IMG/VR virus record: IMGVR_UViG_3300007513_002727 | Location: 28,943-92,942 of that record | DNA from: a virus | DNA length: 64,000 nt | Reading direction: 5' to 3' (one strand) | Shown here: piece by piece, positions 36,769 through 46,369 of the stretch | How the letters are laid out: every line of letters begins with the position of its first letter | Numbering within the stretch: position 1 is the first letter of the stretch | Translations under genes and position numbers: made by a program | Notes under the pieces: generated by a model | What the model was told of the DNA's origin: nothing | Database searches by the model: none | What the model saw: only the letters and a program-made list of their open reading frames with translations

Positions 36769-37125
36769 ATGAAAACTATCGTAAAACTTATTGCCCTAGT
36801 TGTACTCACTTTAGTGATAATACTAACTTATATAAACCAGGCAAAAGCAGGTGGACCATGGCACGATCAATATTGCGATGTTGAAACAACAACAATAAGA
36901 GTTGTTGACCAATCTGGTAATGTAATAAAAGAATTAACAGAAGAGAAAGTAGTATGTCAAGATGGTGCAAAAGACTTCTTACACGGAATGGGTATTGCTG
37001 ATAGTTGCCAAATTTACACTTGGGAAATGCCCATAGGTGAAACTACAATTACGCAAAGAGATATTGCTTGTCATAAAATGGATGGAGGATATGAAATCGT
37101 TAAAGGTTATCATAGTATTGAGTAG
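36769..37125 (+). CDS. Secreted Cys-containing hypothetical protein
   Basis: Signal peptide ending AKA; 4 Cys. Confidence 0.6.
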   Translation: MKTIVKLIALVVLTLVIILTYINQAKAGGPWHDQYCDVETTTIRVVDQSGNVIKELTEEKVVCQDGAKDFLHGMGIADSCQIYTWEMPIGETTITQRDIACHKMDGGYEIVKGYHSIE

Positions 37126-37552
37126 TATACTATTTCTTACTAATTGCACAACAGGAACGACAACTACAAATAAACCTAGTAAAGAAGTAAATGGTTCTTT
37201 GACAAAAATGCCAATTCCGATGATTTTAGGAGATGATGTCAAATATTCTATGCCTGCTTTTTTATGGAGAACAACTCAATTTATGAGATTTAGTCTCAAT
37301 AAAGAAGAAAAACAAAAGCACCAAAGTGCTGTATTTTTTATGTTAGACAACGCAAAAAATGGTGAAATTGTTAGTTGGTACAGTGATAAACGATTAGTAA
37401 ACGGCAAAGTTAGAGTAATACGTTCATACCCTACAGGTGCTGGTATTTGCCGTACATATCAAGCATACATTAAAGTTAACGGCACAGAACGACATATGAC
37501 CAATAATGCTTGTAAAAAGAACTGGTCACCTAGTTGGTCATTTTACAAATAA
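37091..37552 (+). CDS. 17-kDa surface antigen (RT0821/Lpp0805-like) lipoprotein
   Basis: SD GGAGG; lipobox LTNC; NGEIVSW...GKV...CRTY...NAC. Confidence 0.7.
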   Translation: MKSLKVIIVLSSILFLTNCTTGTTTTNKPSKEVNGSLTKMPIPMILGDDVKYSMPAFLWRTTQFMRFSLNKEEKQKHQSAVFFMLDNAKNGEIVSWYSDKRLVNGKVRVIRSYPTGAGICRTYQAYIKVNGTERHMTNNACKKNWSPSWSFYK

Positions 37553-37608
37553 TCTTACTATAATAAACTAAATAGTCATATAAATAAGTTTAGAAGGAAT
37601 TTATACAT

Positions 37609-38262
37609 ATGGCAACAGTTGAACCAAAATCTACAGGAGTATCACCAGACACACCACAAGGTGCATATTTTACAGTATCTATAGCTCAAGGAGGATTTCT
37701 TGACACTGAAACAGTAAATGGTGGAAGAGTATCTCCGTGTGTAGCTAACGATTTCACTACAAAACCAACAACAAAAGCACAATCATTATTAGTATCAAGA
37801 GGCTTTTTAAGATGGAAAAATATGATTGCCGTTCTTCAAGTTAGATCAAATGTTAGAGTAGTTAATATAGTAACAACTTATGGCAGTGATGCAGGTGATA
37901 CTGCAATCACAACATTGGCATTTGGTTTGGTTTATGAAAATCCTGATTGGGTTCCAACAACAGGAACAGCACTTGACGGATCTACAACTACTACAACTAA
38001 AGCATTGTATATTCAAGACAAAATTTCAGAAGCACTTAATACAACTTGGAAAGAAAATATGAGTGTTTATGACCCAACAACTGTAAGTGGTACGGCTAAT
38101 GCAAACTTAACGAAAACAGAAGAAGTTGAAGCAGGTCCAGTACTATTAGTATCAAAGGGTCAAATAGTTGAAGCAGTTACAGTTACAGCAGTTTCAGGTT
38201 TTGACGCTAATACTTCTGGACAAAGAGCATCTGATACATCGTTAACTTACTCTGCAGAGTAA
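37609..38262 (+). CDS. Thr-rich late virion-type protein
   Basis: TATAAATA and TAAATA upstream; composition typical of structural proteins. Confidence 0.6.
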   Translation: MATVEPKSTGVSPDTPQGAYFTVSIAQGGFLDTETVNGGRVSPCVANDFTTKPTTKAQSLLVSRGFLRWKNMIAVLQVRSNVRVVNIVTTYGSDAGDTAITTLAFGLVYENPDWVPTTGTALDGSTTTTTKALYIQDKISEALNTTWKENMSVYDPTTVSGTANANLTKTEEVEAGPVLLVSKGQIVEAVTVTAVSGFDANTSGQRASDTSLTYSAE

Positions 38263-38325
38263 TCAAATTTACCAAATAATCAATAGCATATTTGTTTAAA
38301 TAATGTTATATTAAATAATATCAAT

Positions 38326-40998
38326 ATGTTCATTGCATTTCTAACACTACTATCAGCATTATCCATATCAGGTGTAGCAATATTCTACTCGGTAATAGGA
38401 CTTGCAACTATATTTCCAGGAGCATTTTGGCCTGTAATTATAATGGGTTCTGTGTTAGAAGTAGGTAAGTTAATCACAGCCTCATGGCTATATCGGCACT
38501 GGAAACAGACCCGCTTTTTATTAAAAACATATCTTACAATCTCGGTTATAGTTTTAAGTTTAATAACATCCATGGGTATATTTGGATTCTTATCTAAAGC
38601 CCATTTAGAACAAAATCTAGCATCTGAGAATCTCACACAAAGAATTGACCTTATTAATAGTAAAATTGTTAGCCAACAAACTTATATTAAAAGACAAAAT
38701 GCAATTATTGAAAGAGCAGAAAAAAGTCTTACAAGAACAGTTGGTACTAACGACGAAGCAATTGCAATTGAAAGACAAAATCTAGAAGATGCACAAAATA
38801 AATTAAAAGAAGCAATTAACATTGAAAAACAAAGTCTGGCAGATGCTGAAGACAAGTTCAAAACACTACTTACAGTCGAGACCAATACAATTAAAAGTTT
38901 AAATGATAGATTAAAAATATTAGATGCAGATGTAACTGCCATATTAACTCAAAAAAATAAAGCATTCTTTAATGAAGAAAAGGCGGCGGCTGATTTAAAA
39001 GCATCACAGAAAGAAGAACGTGAATTAATTGATCTTAAAATTAATGAAGCACAAGGCAGAATAAATGAACTTAAAGGAGATTATGCAACTGATAATGCTA
39101 TTATACAAAAAAGAATAGAAAAATTAAGAGAAGCAATTACATCTGAATCTGCTGTCATACAAGCAAGAATTGAGAAATTAAGAGAAGGTAGTGTTGATGA
39201 CAAATCAGTCATTTACATACAAATAGAAGTAGCAGAAGACAACATCTTAAAAGCACAAAACAGTATAGACGATTTAATTATTGACAGGGAACCACTTGAA
39301 TCTGAAATGATTAAACTAGAGGCAGAAGTAGGTCCTATAAAATACATTGCCGCACTTGTTATTGATTGGGGAGTTACAAATGAAGTTGAATTAAATGAAG
39401 CAGTAAGATGGGTTATCTTGCTTATAATTGTAGTATTTGATCCACTTGCAGTTGCATTATTATTAGCGGCCAACCAAAGTTTAATGAGAAAATTTCCAGT
39501 TGCACCGCCACCACCGCCACAAGAAATTGTTGATTTAGAAAAACCAGAACCTTATGAACCACCTTTTGCACCTGTACAAAATGATATGGCCGAAAAAGCA
39601 AAAGCTCTTGCTGAACAAGAAAAAGCAGAAAAAATACAAAAAGATTGGGCAGTAAAACTTTACGAATTTAATAAAGAACGATTAGCAAAACGAGACAAAG
39701 ATTTAGAAGAACAAAAAAAAGTTGAAGAAACTATTCCACATATAGATCTTATAGGTCAAAAAAAAACTGAAGAAAAAGAAATAGTAGTAGATAAAGACGA
39801 TGGCTTTGATCTAGATGAAGTCAAATACGATATAGAAACTAAAACTAAATCAAATAATGAAGAACAAAAAGCTAGAGAGAAAGAAGAGAAAGAAAAGCAA
39901 CTAGAAGAATTTAAAAAAAGAGAACAAGAAGAGAAAGAAAATTTAGAAAGAATAGCAAGAGAAGCTAAAGAAGAAGAAGCTAAAGTAACAACAGTAGAAG
40001 AGGCATTAAAAATGCCAGAGTCAGAGAGTGTTGAAACACCAATCGAAGAACCCGAAAGAACACGACCCGACTTTACAGAAGTAATTGAACCCACAGAACC
40101 TGCAGGTGATGGAACATTTAAAACAGGAACGTTAGGTCCAAAAATTAAAAAGAGTAAGATAATTGATCCAAAAGTAATGACTGATTTTGAAAGAACTGGT
40201 ATGTTAAACAAGTTACACCAAGAGCATGGCAAGTATGAAGATATTAGTGATGAAGCCCTTAAAAAAGAAAGAGATGATGCTAATAAAGCACAATTCCTAG
40301 CTGACGTTGCATTAACAGAAGAAGAAGCACGTAACCATCCACCGATGACAGAGTCACGTATGGCATATTTTCAAGATCATATTGATGATATATTAAGAGG
40401 CAATTCAACATTTGAAAACATTCCACCTGATATAGCAAAAACTGTTGCATTATTAATGACTGATGAATATCCAAATCCAGAGATTATTACTAAAGGTTCA
40501 GCTTTAAAACCAGAAGGCGATAAAAATGTAGAAACAATGACCCAGGATGCCTTAAAAGAAAAATTCATGGAACAACCAGAAACCGAAGAAAGACCAATCA
40601 CTGATGAAGAACTTGACGACTTATTAGAAGGGTTTCCTGAACGTCCAAAAGCAAATGAAGACTATGTACAAAACGAAGAACAAACCGACGAAACACTTTG
40701 GCAAAAAACTAAAGAATTAGATTTACCAGAACCTGAAAAGAATGAAATACAAATACCAGAATTAGAAAGTACAACTGAAGATATACCTGTATTAGTTGAT
40801 AAAGTTAAAATAGAAAATGTTATTCCAGTAGACAAGTTTACCAGATACAAAAAGAGACTTGCAACTGATGAGGAATACCACCAAAGGATAGAACAACGCA
40901 TTAATAATTTAATAACCAAATTAGAAGCAGGTGAAGTCAAACTAAACGACTTGACTAATGCAGATCAAAAAGCTATACTAGATATATTGAATCAATAA
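38326..40998 (+). CDS. Membrane-anchored coiled-coil protein (conserved in T4-like phages) with a long acidic C-terminal extension
   Basis: N-terminal TM region ALSISGVAIFYSVIGLA...LEVGKL...SMGIFGFLSKAH; later EVGPIKYIA...FDPLAV. Confidence 0.75.
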   Translation: MFIAFLTLLSALSISGVAIFYSVIGLATIFPGAFWPVIIMGSVLEVGKLITASWLYRHWKQTRFLLKTYLTISVIVLSLITSMGIFGFLSKAHLEQNLASENLTQRIDLINSKIVSQQTYIKRQNAIIERAEKSLTRTVGTNDEAIAIERQNLEDAQNKLKEAINIEKQSLADAEDKFKTLLTVETNTIKSLNDRLKILDADVTAILTQKNKAFFNEEKAAADLKASQKEERELIDLKINEAQGRINELKGDYATDNAIIQKRIEKLREAITSESAVIQARIEKLREGSVDDKSVIYIQIEVAEDNILKAQNSIDDLIIDREPLESEMIKLEAEVGPIKYIAALVIDWGVTNEVELNEAVRWVILLIIVVFDPLAVALLLAANQSLMRKFPVAPPPPPQEIVDLEKPEPYEPPFAPVQNDMAEKAKALAEQEKAEKIQKDWAVKLYEFNKERLAKRDKDLEEQKKVEETIPHIDLIGQKKTEEKEIVVDKDDGFDLDEVKYDIETKTKSNNEEQKAREKEEKEKQLEEFKKREQEEKENLERIAREAKEEEAKVTTVEEALKMPESESVETPIEEPERTRPDFTEVIEPTEPAGDGTFKTGTLGPKIKKSKIIDPKVMTDFERTGMLNKLHQEHGKYEDISDEALKKERDDANKAQFLADVALTEEEARNHPPMTESRMAYFQDHIDDILRGNSTFENIPPDIAKTVALLMTDEYPNPEIITKGSALKPEGDKNVETMTQDALKEKFMEQPETEERPITDEELDDLLEGFPERPKANEDYVQNEEQTDETLWQKTKELDLPEPEKNEIQIPELESTTEDIPVLVDKVKIENVIPVDKFTRYKKRLATDEEYHQRIEQRINNLITKLEAGEVKLNDLTNADQKAILDILNQ

Positions 40999-41555
40999 TG
41001 GAACAAAAAAACGTAAAAGCAAAAAAAGAAAAATCAGTAATAGGTCCAAAGCTAGAAGAACGGAAAAAGCAAGGTACTATTACACTTGTTACTCCACCTT
41101 CTTTTTTTCAAAATCAAAATAGAAGTTTTTGTTTAATTAATCTTAGCAAAAAAGATAAAGATAACTTTGCAGATGCAGTAAACAAATGGTTTCCTAAAAA
41201 TGACTTAACAATATACCTTTGGGATGATAATAACTTTTCAGCATTAGATCCATTTGGCAACGATAGTGATCCTGAATATGAAAAATACTTAGAAAATTGG
41301 AAACCAAACAAAGCAGGTAGAGATTATACTTGGTTATTAAATGCCTGTAGAGCGGCTTCAACAATTGTAATGAATATGGACTATTCATCTAATCAATTAA
41401 AAGTTTGGTCGGGTTATATTCTTACAATGTCAAAAACTTGGTTCATTAATTCTAATCAAGACGATGCATCGGCATTTGGAGTTCTTAATAGAAATATATT
41501 TTCAGGAATGCATGAATTATTTCCTAAGATTAAAAAATTAAAAGATAGTCAATAA
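40998..41555 (+). CDS. Hypothetical protein
   Basis: Coupled ORF upstream of clpX. Confidence 0.6.
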   Translation: MEQKNVKAKKEKSVIGPKLEERKKQGTITLVTPPSFFQNQNRSFCLINLSKKDKDNFADAVNKWFPKNDLTIYLWDDNNFSALDPFGNDSDPEYEKYLENWKPNKAGRDYTWLLNACRAASTIVMNMDYSSNQLKVWSGYILTMSKTWFINSNQDDASAFGVLNRNIFSGMHELFPKIKKLKDSQ

Positions 41556-41556
41556 A

Positions 41557-42810
41557 ATGGGAGATGATAGTTTAGTCTGTTCCTTTTGCAGTAAATCTCG
41601 AAAAGACGTTACAAAAATGATTGTAGGTGCAACTAAAGTTGCTATCTGTAATGAGTGTGTAAAACTTTGTATTGAAATATTAGATGAAGACATAATTAAA
41701 TCCAAAGCAGAACAATTTGCTAAAGGTGATAAAGATATTCTTAACCCTGTTAATATTAAAGAATATTTAGATCAATATATTATAGGACAAGATGCCGCAA
41801 AAACTGTATTGTCAGTAGCAGTATCTAACCACTATAAAAGAATTACAAATCCACCTAAAGATTTTGAGTTAGATAAATCAAATGTATTATTATTAGGAGC
41901 CACTGGTGCAGGTAAAACACTTATGGCTAGAACAATAGCACAATATTTAGATGTACCTGTTGCTATTGCAGATGCAACAACATTAACCGAGTCTGGCTAC
42001 GTTGGTGAAGATGTAGAAAATGTAGTACAAAAATTATACGCAAATTCAAGTGGTGACATTCAAAAAACTGAACGTGGTATTATATTCATAGATGAAATAG
42101 ATAAGATTACACGTAAAAGTGAGAATACTTCTATAACAAGAGATGTATCTGGAGAAGGTGTACAACAAGGATTACTTAAAATTGTAGAAGGAACTGAATG
42201 CAGAATTATGCCACAGGGAGGCAGAAAACATCCTGACCAACAAATGGTTACTATTAATACTAAAAATATATTGTTTATAGTAGGTGGGGCATTTACAGAA
42301 TTAGAAAAACAAATACGAAACAGAAAATCAAGTGGTATTGGTTTTGGTTCTAAATTAAAAGACGATGATATAAAAAATTATCTTATTGACGTAAGACCCG
42401 AAGACTTAATAAAATATGGCCTAATTCCAGAATTTGTAGGAAGATTTTCAATGATTACTCATGTTGATGATTTAAGTGAATCACAATTAGTGCAAATACT
42501 TACAGAGCCTAAAAATGCTTTAATAAAACAAATGCAATATTTGTTTGGATTAGACGAGATTAAATTAGAATTTAGCAAAGATGCCAAACTATCTGTTGCT
42601 AAAAAAGCCAAAGCATTAGGTACAAATGCCCGAGGTTTGAAAAATATTGTAGATAGAGTATTATTACCATTCCAATTTGATGCCCATGAAATGAAAAATA
42701 AAGGTGTCATCACAATTAAAATAACAAGTGACGTGGTTGACAAAAATGCCGATCCAGTGTTACTATTTAAGAAGCAAGATGGAACAATACCAAAGAAACA
42801 ATCAGTTTAA
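41557..42810 (+). CDS. clpX: ATP-dependent Clp protease ATP-binding subunit ClpX
   Basis: Zn finger CSFC...CNEC, Walker A GATGAGKT, GYVG pore loop, Walker B IFIDEIDK, RKH loop and IGF loop. Confidence 0.96.
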   Translation: MGDDSLVCSFCSKSRKDVTKMIVGATKVAICNECVKLCIEILDEDIIKSKAEQFAKGDKDILNPVNIKEYLDQYIIGQDAAKTVLSVAVSNHYKRITNPPKDFELDKSNVLLLGATGAGKTLMARTIAQYLDVPVAIADATTLTESGYVGEDVENVVQKLYANSSGDIQKTERGIIFIDEIDKITRKSENTSITRDVSGEGVQQGLLKIVEGTECRIMPQGGRKHPDQQMVTINTKNILFIVGGAFTELEKQIRNRKSSGIGFGSKLKDDDIKNYLIDVRPEDLIKYGLIPEFVGRFSMITHVDDLSESQLVQILTEPKNALIKQMQYLFGLDEIKLEFSKDAKLSVAKKAKALGTNARGLKNIVDRVLLPFQFDAHEMKNKGVITIKITSDVVDKNADPVLLFKKQDGTIPKKQSV

Positions 42811-43111
42811 AAACTTTAGAAACTCTTGGAATAATAAACCCTCTAGAGGGCGGAAACCTAAACCACCAATGCCACCTGGCTGTAATTACTATGCGGAAGT
42901 ACGCGATGGTGATGATCCTATGCGAGCTTATCGTAGAATTAAAAAGAAAATTAAAGATGATAAGTTCTTTGAAGAAATTAAAGAACGACAATATTACCAA
43001 AAACCATCATTTAAAAAACGTGAAAAAGCAAAACGTAAAAAAATAGTTCTAAAAAAGCTACAACGAGAACGTGACGATAACCGTTTTATAGGTAAAACCA
43101 ATAGAAATTAA
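42779..43111 (+). CDS. rpsU: Ribosomal protein bS21 homolog with an N-terminal extension
   Basis: EVRDGDDPMRAYRRIKKKI...EIKERQYYQKPSFKKR. Start moved to ATG 42779. Confidence 0.85.
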   Translation: MEQYQRNNQFKNFRNSWNNKPSRGRKPKPPMPPGCNYYAEVRDGDDPMRAYRRIKKKIKDDKFFEEIKERQYYQKPSFKKREKAKRKKIVLKKLQRERDDNRFIGKTNRN

Positions 43112-43132
43112 TTTACCAAAAAGGTCGCAAGA

Positions 43133-43172
43133 TTGACATATAGTACATATATGTTATAATAAGAGATAAATA
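43133..43172 (+). promoter_or_regulatory. Tandem early (sigma70) and late promoters for hsp20
   Basis: TTGACA-16-TATAAT (43133-43160) and TAAATA (43167-43172). Confidence 0.7.
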
Positions 43173-43174
43173 AC

Positions 43175-43237
43175 GTTGAAGGTTGCTATAGATAGGACCT
43201 TTAATATTAACTCGCTAACTTAGGAGGAAAGCACATG
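43175..43237 (+). promoter_or_regulatory. ROSE-like RNA thermometer in the hsp20 5'UTR
   Basis: 5' hairpin TTGAAGGT/ACCTTTAA, then CTCGCT-AACTT-AGGAG, where U(U/C)GCU pairs with the SD leaving a bulged G. Confidence 0.7.
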
Positions 43238-43687
43238 AAAAACAATCTATCTATCTTTAATAACTTAAGACCCATAACAGTAGGGTTTGACAATATGTTT
43301 GATCATTTTGAACATATGTTAGACGACGGCGGTTTCTTTAGAAACGGTACTGTTAGTAACTTCCCACCTTACAATATTGAAAAGACTGGAAAAAATTCTT
43401 ATAATGTAGAACTTGCACTTGCAGGTTTTAATAAAAAGGATATAGAAGTTACATATGAGGATAACCTTTTATCAGTAAAATCTAAAAAAGAAGATACTAC
43501 TGAACAAACTGATGCCGATGGTAATATGATTCATAGAGGTATTTCAAAAAGATACTTCGCAAAATCATTTACTATTGCAAACGACGTTGAAATAAAAGGA
43601 GCTGAACTTAAAGATGGTTTACTTGTAATTGCTTTGGAACGAATACTTCCGGAGGCAAAAAAAGCAAAAACTATCGAAATAAAGTAA
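43235..43687 (+). CDS. hsp20: Small heat shock protein Hsp20 (IbpA-like)
   Basis: FPPYNI, ELALAGF, HRGISKRYF and AELKDGLL. Confidence 0.95.
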   Translation: MKNNLSIFNNLRPITVGFDNMFDHFEHMLDDGGFFRNGTVSNFPPYNIEKTGKNSYNVELALAGFNKKDIEVTYEDNLLSVKSKKEDTTEQTDADGNMIHRGISKRYFAKSFTIANDVEIKGAELKDGLLVIALERILPEAKKAKTIEIK

Positions 43688-43694
43688 GCAATAT

Positions 43695-43725
43695 GATAGG
43701 TAGGGTGGTAATCACCCTACTTGTC
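43695..43725 (+). terminator. Hairpin terminator after hsp20
   Basis: GATAGGTAGGGTG-GTAAT-CACCCTACTTGTC. Confidence 0.7.
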
Positions 43726-43771
43726 AATAGACAAATTTAAAAAATGTGTTATAATAAGGAGATAAAACATT

Positions 43772-45661
43772 ATGAGTAAAATTATAGGAATAGACTTAGG
43801 TACTACAAATTCATGCGTATCATTAATGGAAGGTACACAGGCAAAAGTATTAGAAAATGCAGAAGGCAAAAGAACAACACCTTCAATAGTAGCATTTGGA
43901 GATGAGAAATTAGTTGGAGAACCTGCTAAAAGACAAGCGGTTTCAAATCCAGCAAATACAATATTCGCGGCTAAAAGATTAATTGGAAGAAAATTTGATG
44001 GAGATTCTGTACAAAAAGATGTACAAACATCACCTTTTAAAATAGTAAAAGCAGATAATGGAGATGCTTGGATTGAAGCAAAAGGTAAAAAATATTCACC
44101 AGCACAGATCTCAGGTTTCGTTTTACAAAAAATGAAAGAAACTGCTGAAAAATATTTAGGACAAGAAGTTAAAAAAGCTGTAATAACAGTACCAGCATAC
44201 TTTAATGACTCACAAAGACAAGCAACAAAAGACGCAGGTAAAATTGCAGGACTTGAAGTTGAACGTATTGTAAACGAACCAACTGCGGCGGCACTTGCAT
44301 ATGGTTTAGATAAAAAGAAATCAGGCACAGTTGCAGTGTACGACCTAGGTGGTGGTACATTTGATATATCTATATTAGAAATAGGCGACGGAGTATTTGA
44401 AGTTAAATCTACAAATGGTGATACATCATTAGGTGGAGAAGATTTTGATAATGTTCTAGTTGATTATCTTTGTAGTGAATTTAAAAAAGATACTGGTATA
44501 GACATAAAAACAGACAATTTAGCACTTCAAAGAATTAAAGAAGCGGCAGAAAAAGCTAAATGTGAATTATCATCAGCATTACAAACAGATATTAATTTAC
44601 CATTTCTTACTGCTGATAAAACTGGACCAAAACACTTAAACATTAAACTTACAAGAGCAAAATTTGAATCATTAACAGAATCATTAATTAGAAAAACATT
44701 TGCTCCTTGTAAAACAGCATTAAAAGATTCAGGAATTAGTAAAGACAAAATAGATGAAGTTATCCTTGTAGGAGGTATGACTCGTATGCCAAAAGTATTA
44801 GAAACAGTTAAAAGTTTCTTTGGCAAAGAACCACACACAGGAGTTAATCCAGACGAAGTTGTAGCAATTGGAGCCGCAATACAGGGTGGAGTATTACAAG
44901 GTGACGTTAAAGATGTATTACTTTTAGATGTAACACCTTTATCACTTGGTATTGAAACACTTGGTGGTGTTGCTACTAAACTTATTGAAAAGAATACAAC
45001 AATACCTACAAAGAAAAGTCAAGTATTTTCAACTGCTGAAAACAATCAAGCGGCAGTTACAATTAGAGTTGTACAGGGTGAAAGAGAAATGGCTACTGAC
45101 AATAAACAACTTGGAAACTTTAACTTAGAAGGCATTCCACCAGCACCAAGAGGTGTACCTCAAATTGAAGTAACATTTGATATAGATGCAAATGGTATTG
45201 TAAATGTGTCTGCAAAAGATAAAGGCACAGGTAAAGAACAAAAAATTACAATACAAGCATCAGGTGGATTAAGTGAAGCCGATATTGAAAAAATGGTTAA
45301 AGATGCTGAAGCAAACAAAGAAGCAGACAAAAAGAAAAGAGAAGAGGTTGATGCTAGAAATCATGCTGACACACTTGCTGACTCTACAGAAAAATCACTT
45401 AAAGAACACGGTGACAAAGTTTCTGTAGAAGATAAAACAAAAATAGAAACTAGCCTAGCTGATTTAAAAGAAGCACTTAAAGGTAATGACGTTGAATCTA
45501 TAAAAAGTAAAACAGGTGCCCTTACCGAAGCATCAATGAAACTAGGTGAAGCAATCTATAAAACTCAACAAGAACAAGCAAAACCAGAAGCAACTGAGAG
45601 TACATCAGGCGGTGAAAAAGAAGACGTTGTTGATGCAGATTTTGAAGAAGTTAAAAAATAA
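43772..45661 (+). CDS. dnaK: Chaperone DnaK (Hsp70)
   Basis: [24 protein letters not shown] and LVGGMTRMP; C-terminal VVDADFEEV. Promoter TAGACA...TGTTATAAT and SD AGGAG. Confidence 0.98.
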   Translation: MSKIIGIDLGTTNSCVSLMEGTQAKVLENAEGKRTTPSIVAFGDEKLVGEPAKRQAVSNPANTIFAAKRLIGRKFDGDSVQKDVQTSPFKIVKADNGDAWIEAKGKKYSPAQISGFVLQKMKETAEKYLGQEVKKAVITVPAYFNDSQRQATKDAGKIAGLEVERIVNEPTAAALAYGLDKKKSGTVAVYDLGGGTFDISILEIGDGVFEVKSTNGDTSLGGEDFDNVLVDYLCSEFKKDTGIDIKTDNLALQRIKEAAEKAKCELSSALQTDINLPFLTADKTGPKHLNIKLTRAKFESLTESLIRKTFAPCKTALKDSGISKDKIDEVILVGGMTRMPKVLETVKSFFGKEPHTGVNPDEVVAIGAAIQGGVLQGDVKDVLLLDVTPLSLGIETLGGVATKLIEKNTTIPTKKSQVFSTAENNQAAVTIRVVQGEREMATDNKQLGNFNLEGIPPAPRGVPQIEVTFDIDANGIVNVSAKDKGTGKEQKITIQASGGLSEADIEKMVKDAEANKEADKKKREEVDARNHADTLADSTEKSLKEHGDKVSVEDKTKIETSLADLKEALKGNDVESIKSKTGALTEASMKLGEAIYKTQQEQAKPEATESTSGGEKEDVVDADFEEVKK

Positions 45662-45724
45662 CCAATAAATATGTATAATATAGACAATGTCAAATTTAAA
45701 AAGTAAACAAAACAAAGAGTTAAG

Positions 45725-46024
45725 ATGGCAACAAATATACAAACACTAACCAAAGAAAAAACTAAACTTGATGAACCAAGTTTATACGATGTTATTTTTT
45801 TAAATGATAATATTACTACGCAGGAATTTGTAGTTAGGGTTTTAAAACAAATTTTTAATAAATCACAAGAACAAGCAGAAGCAATTATGAAAAAAATACA
45901 TAATGACGGACAAGGTACTGTAGGTTCTTATGTCCACGAAGTTGCAGAACAAAAAGGCATTGAGACTACTTTACTTGCACGGCAAGAAGGAATGCCACTG
46001 CAAATAAAAGTTAAGAGACAATGA
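45725..46024 (+). CDS. clpS: ClpS N-degron adaptor
   Basis: PSLYDVIFLNDNITTQEFVV...IHNDG...EVAEQK...PL. Confidence 0.9.
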   Translation: MATNIQTLTKEKTKLDEPSLYDVIFLNDNITTQEFVVRVLKQIFNKSQEQAEAIMKKIHNDGQGTVGSYVHEVAEQKGIETTLLARQEGMPLQIKVKRQ

Positions 46025-46365
46025 ACCTAAAAGATTTTGTATTAGAAAATCAAAAAATAATTGAATTAGTTAAAGACAGAGTTGGTGGGCACGATGTTGT
46101 TGATACATATTACGGCACACTTGATTATGCTACTGCAAGATTTAATACAATACTAATAAAACTTTCACAAGACAAAATAAAAGAAGTAGAACATACAACA
46201 GAAGTGTTAGAATGTTTTGATGCAATACAAGACTTCTATAATAATGTCCAACGATATCGTTTTTGGCCAAAAATTGCACGTCCATTTATTAGATTAAACT
46301 TATACGGTATTGGCACAAGACGTATTCCTAAAATAAAAAACCTATTAGATAAACTCGATAATTAA
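46021..46365 (+). CDS. Hypothetical protein
   Basis: ATGA coupling to clpS. Confidence 0.6.
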   Translation: MNLKDFVLENQKIIELVKDRVGGHDVVDTYYGTLDYATARFNTILIKLSQDKIKEVEHTTEVLECFDAIQDFYNNVQRYRFWPKIARPFIRLNLYGIGTRRIPKIKNLLDKLDN

Positions 46366-46369
46366 CAGT

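Noticed and set aside
38385-40940. Multiple minus-strand ORFs within the 890-aa gene and similar short antisense ORFs elsewhere
   Set aside because: Shadows of the Glu/Lys-rich sense strand, with no motifs or expression signals.
43717-44328. 203-aa ORF antisense to dnaK
   Set aside because: Antisense shadow frames are a familiar artefact of hsp70 codon patterns; no expression signals.
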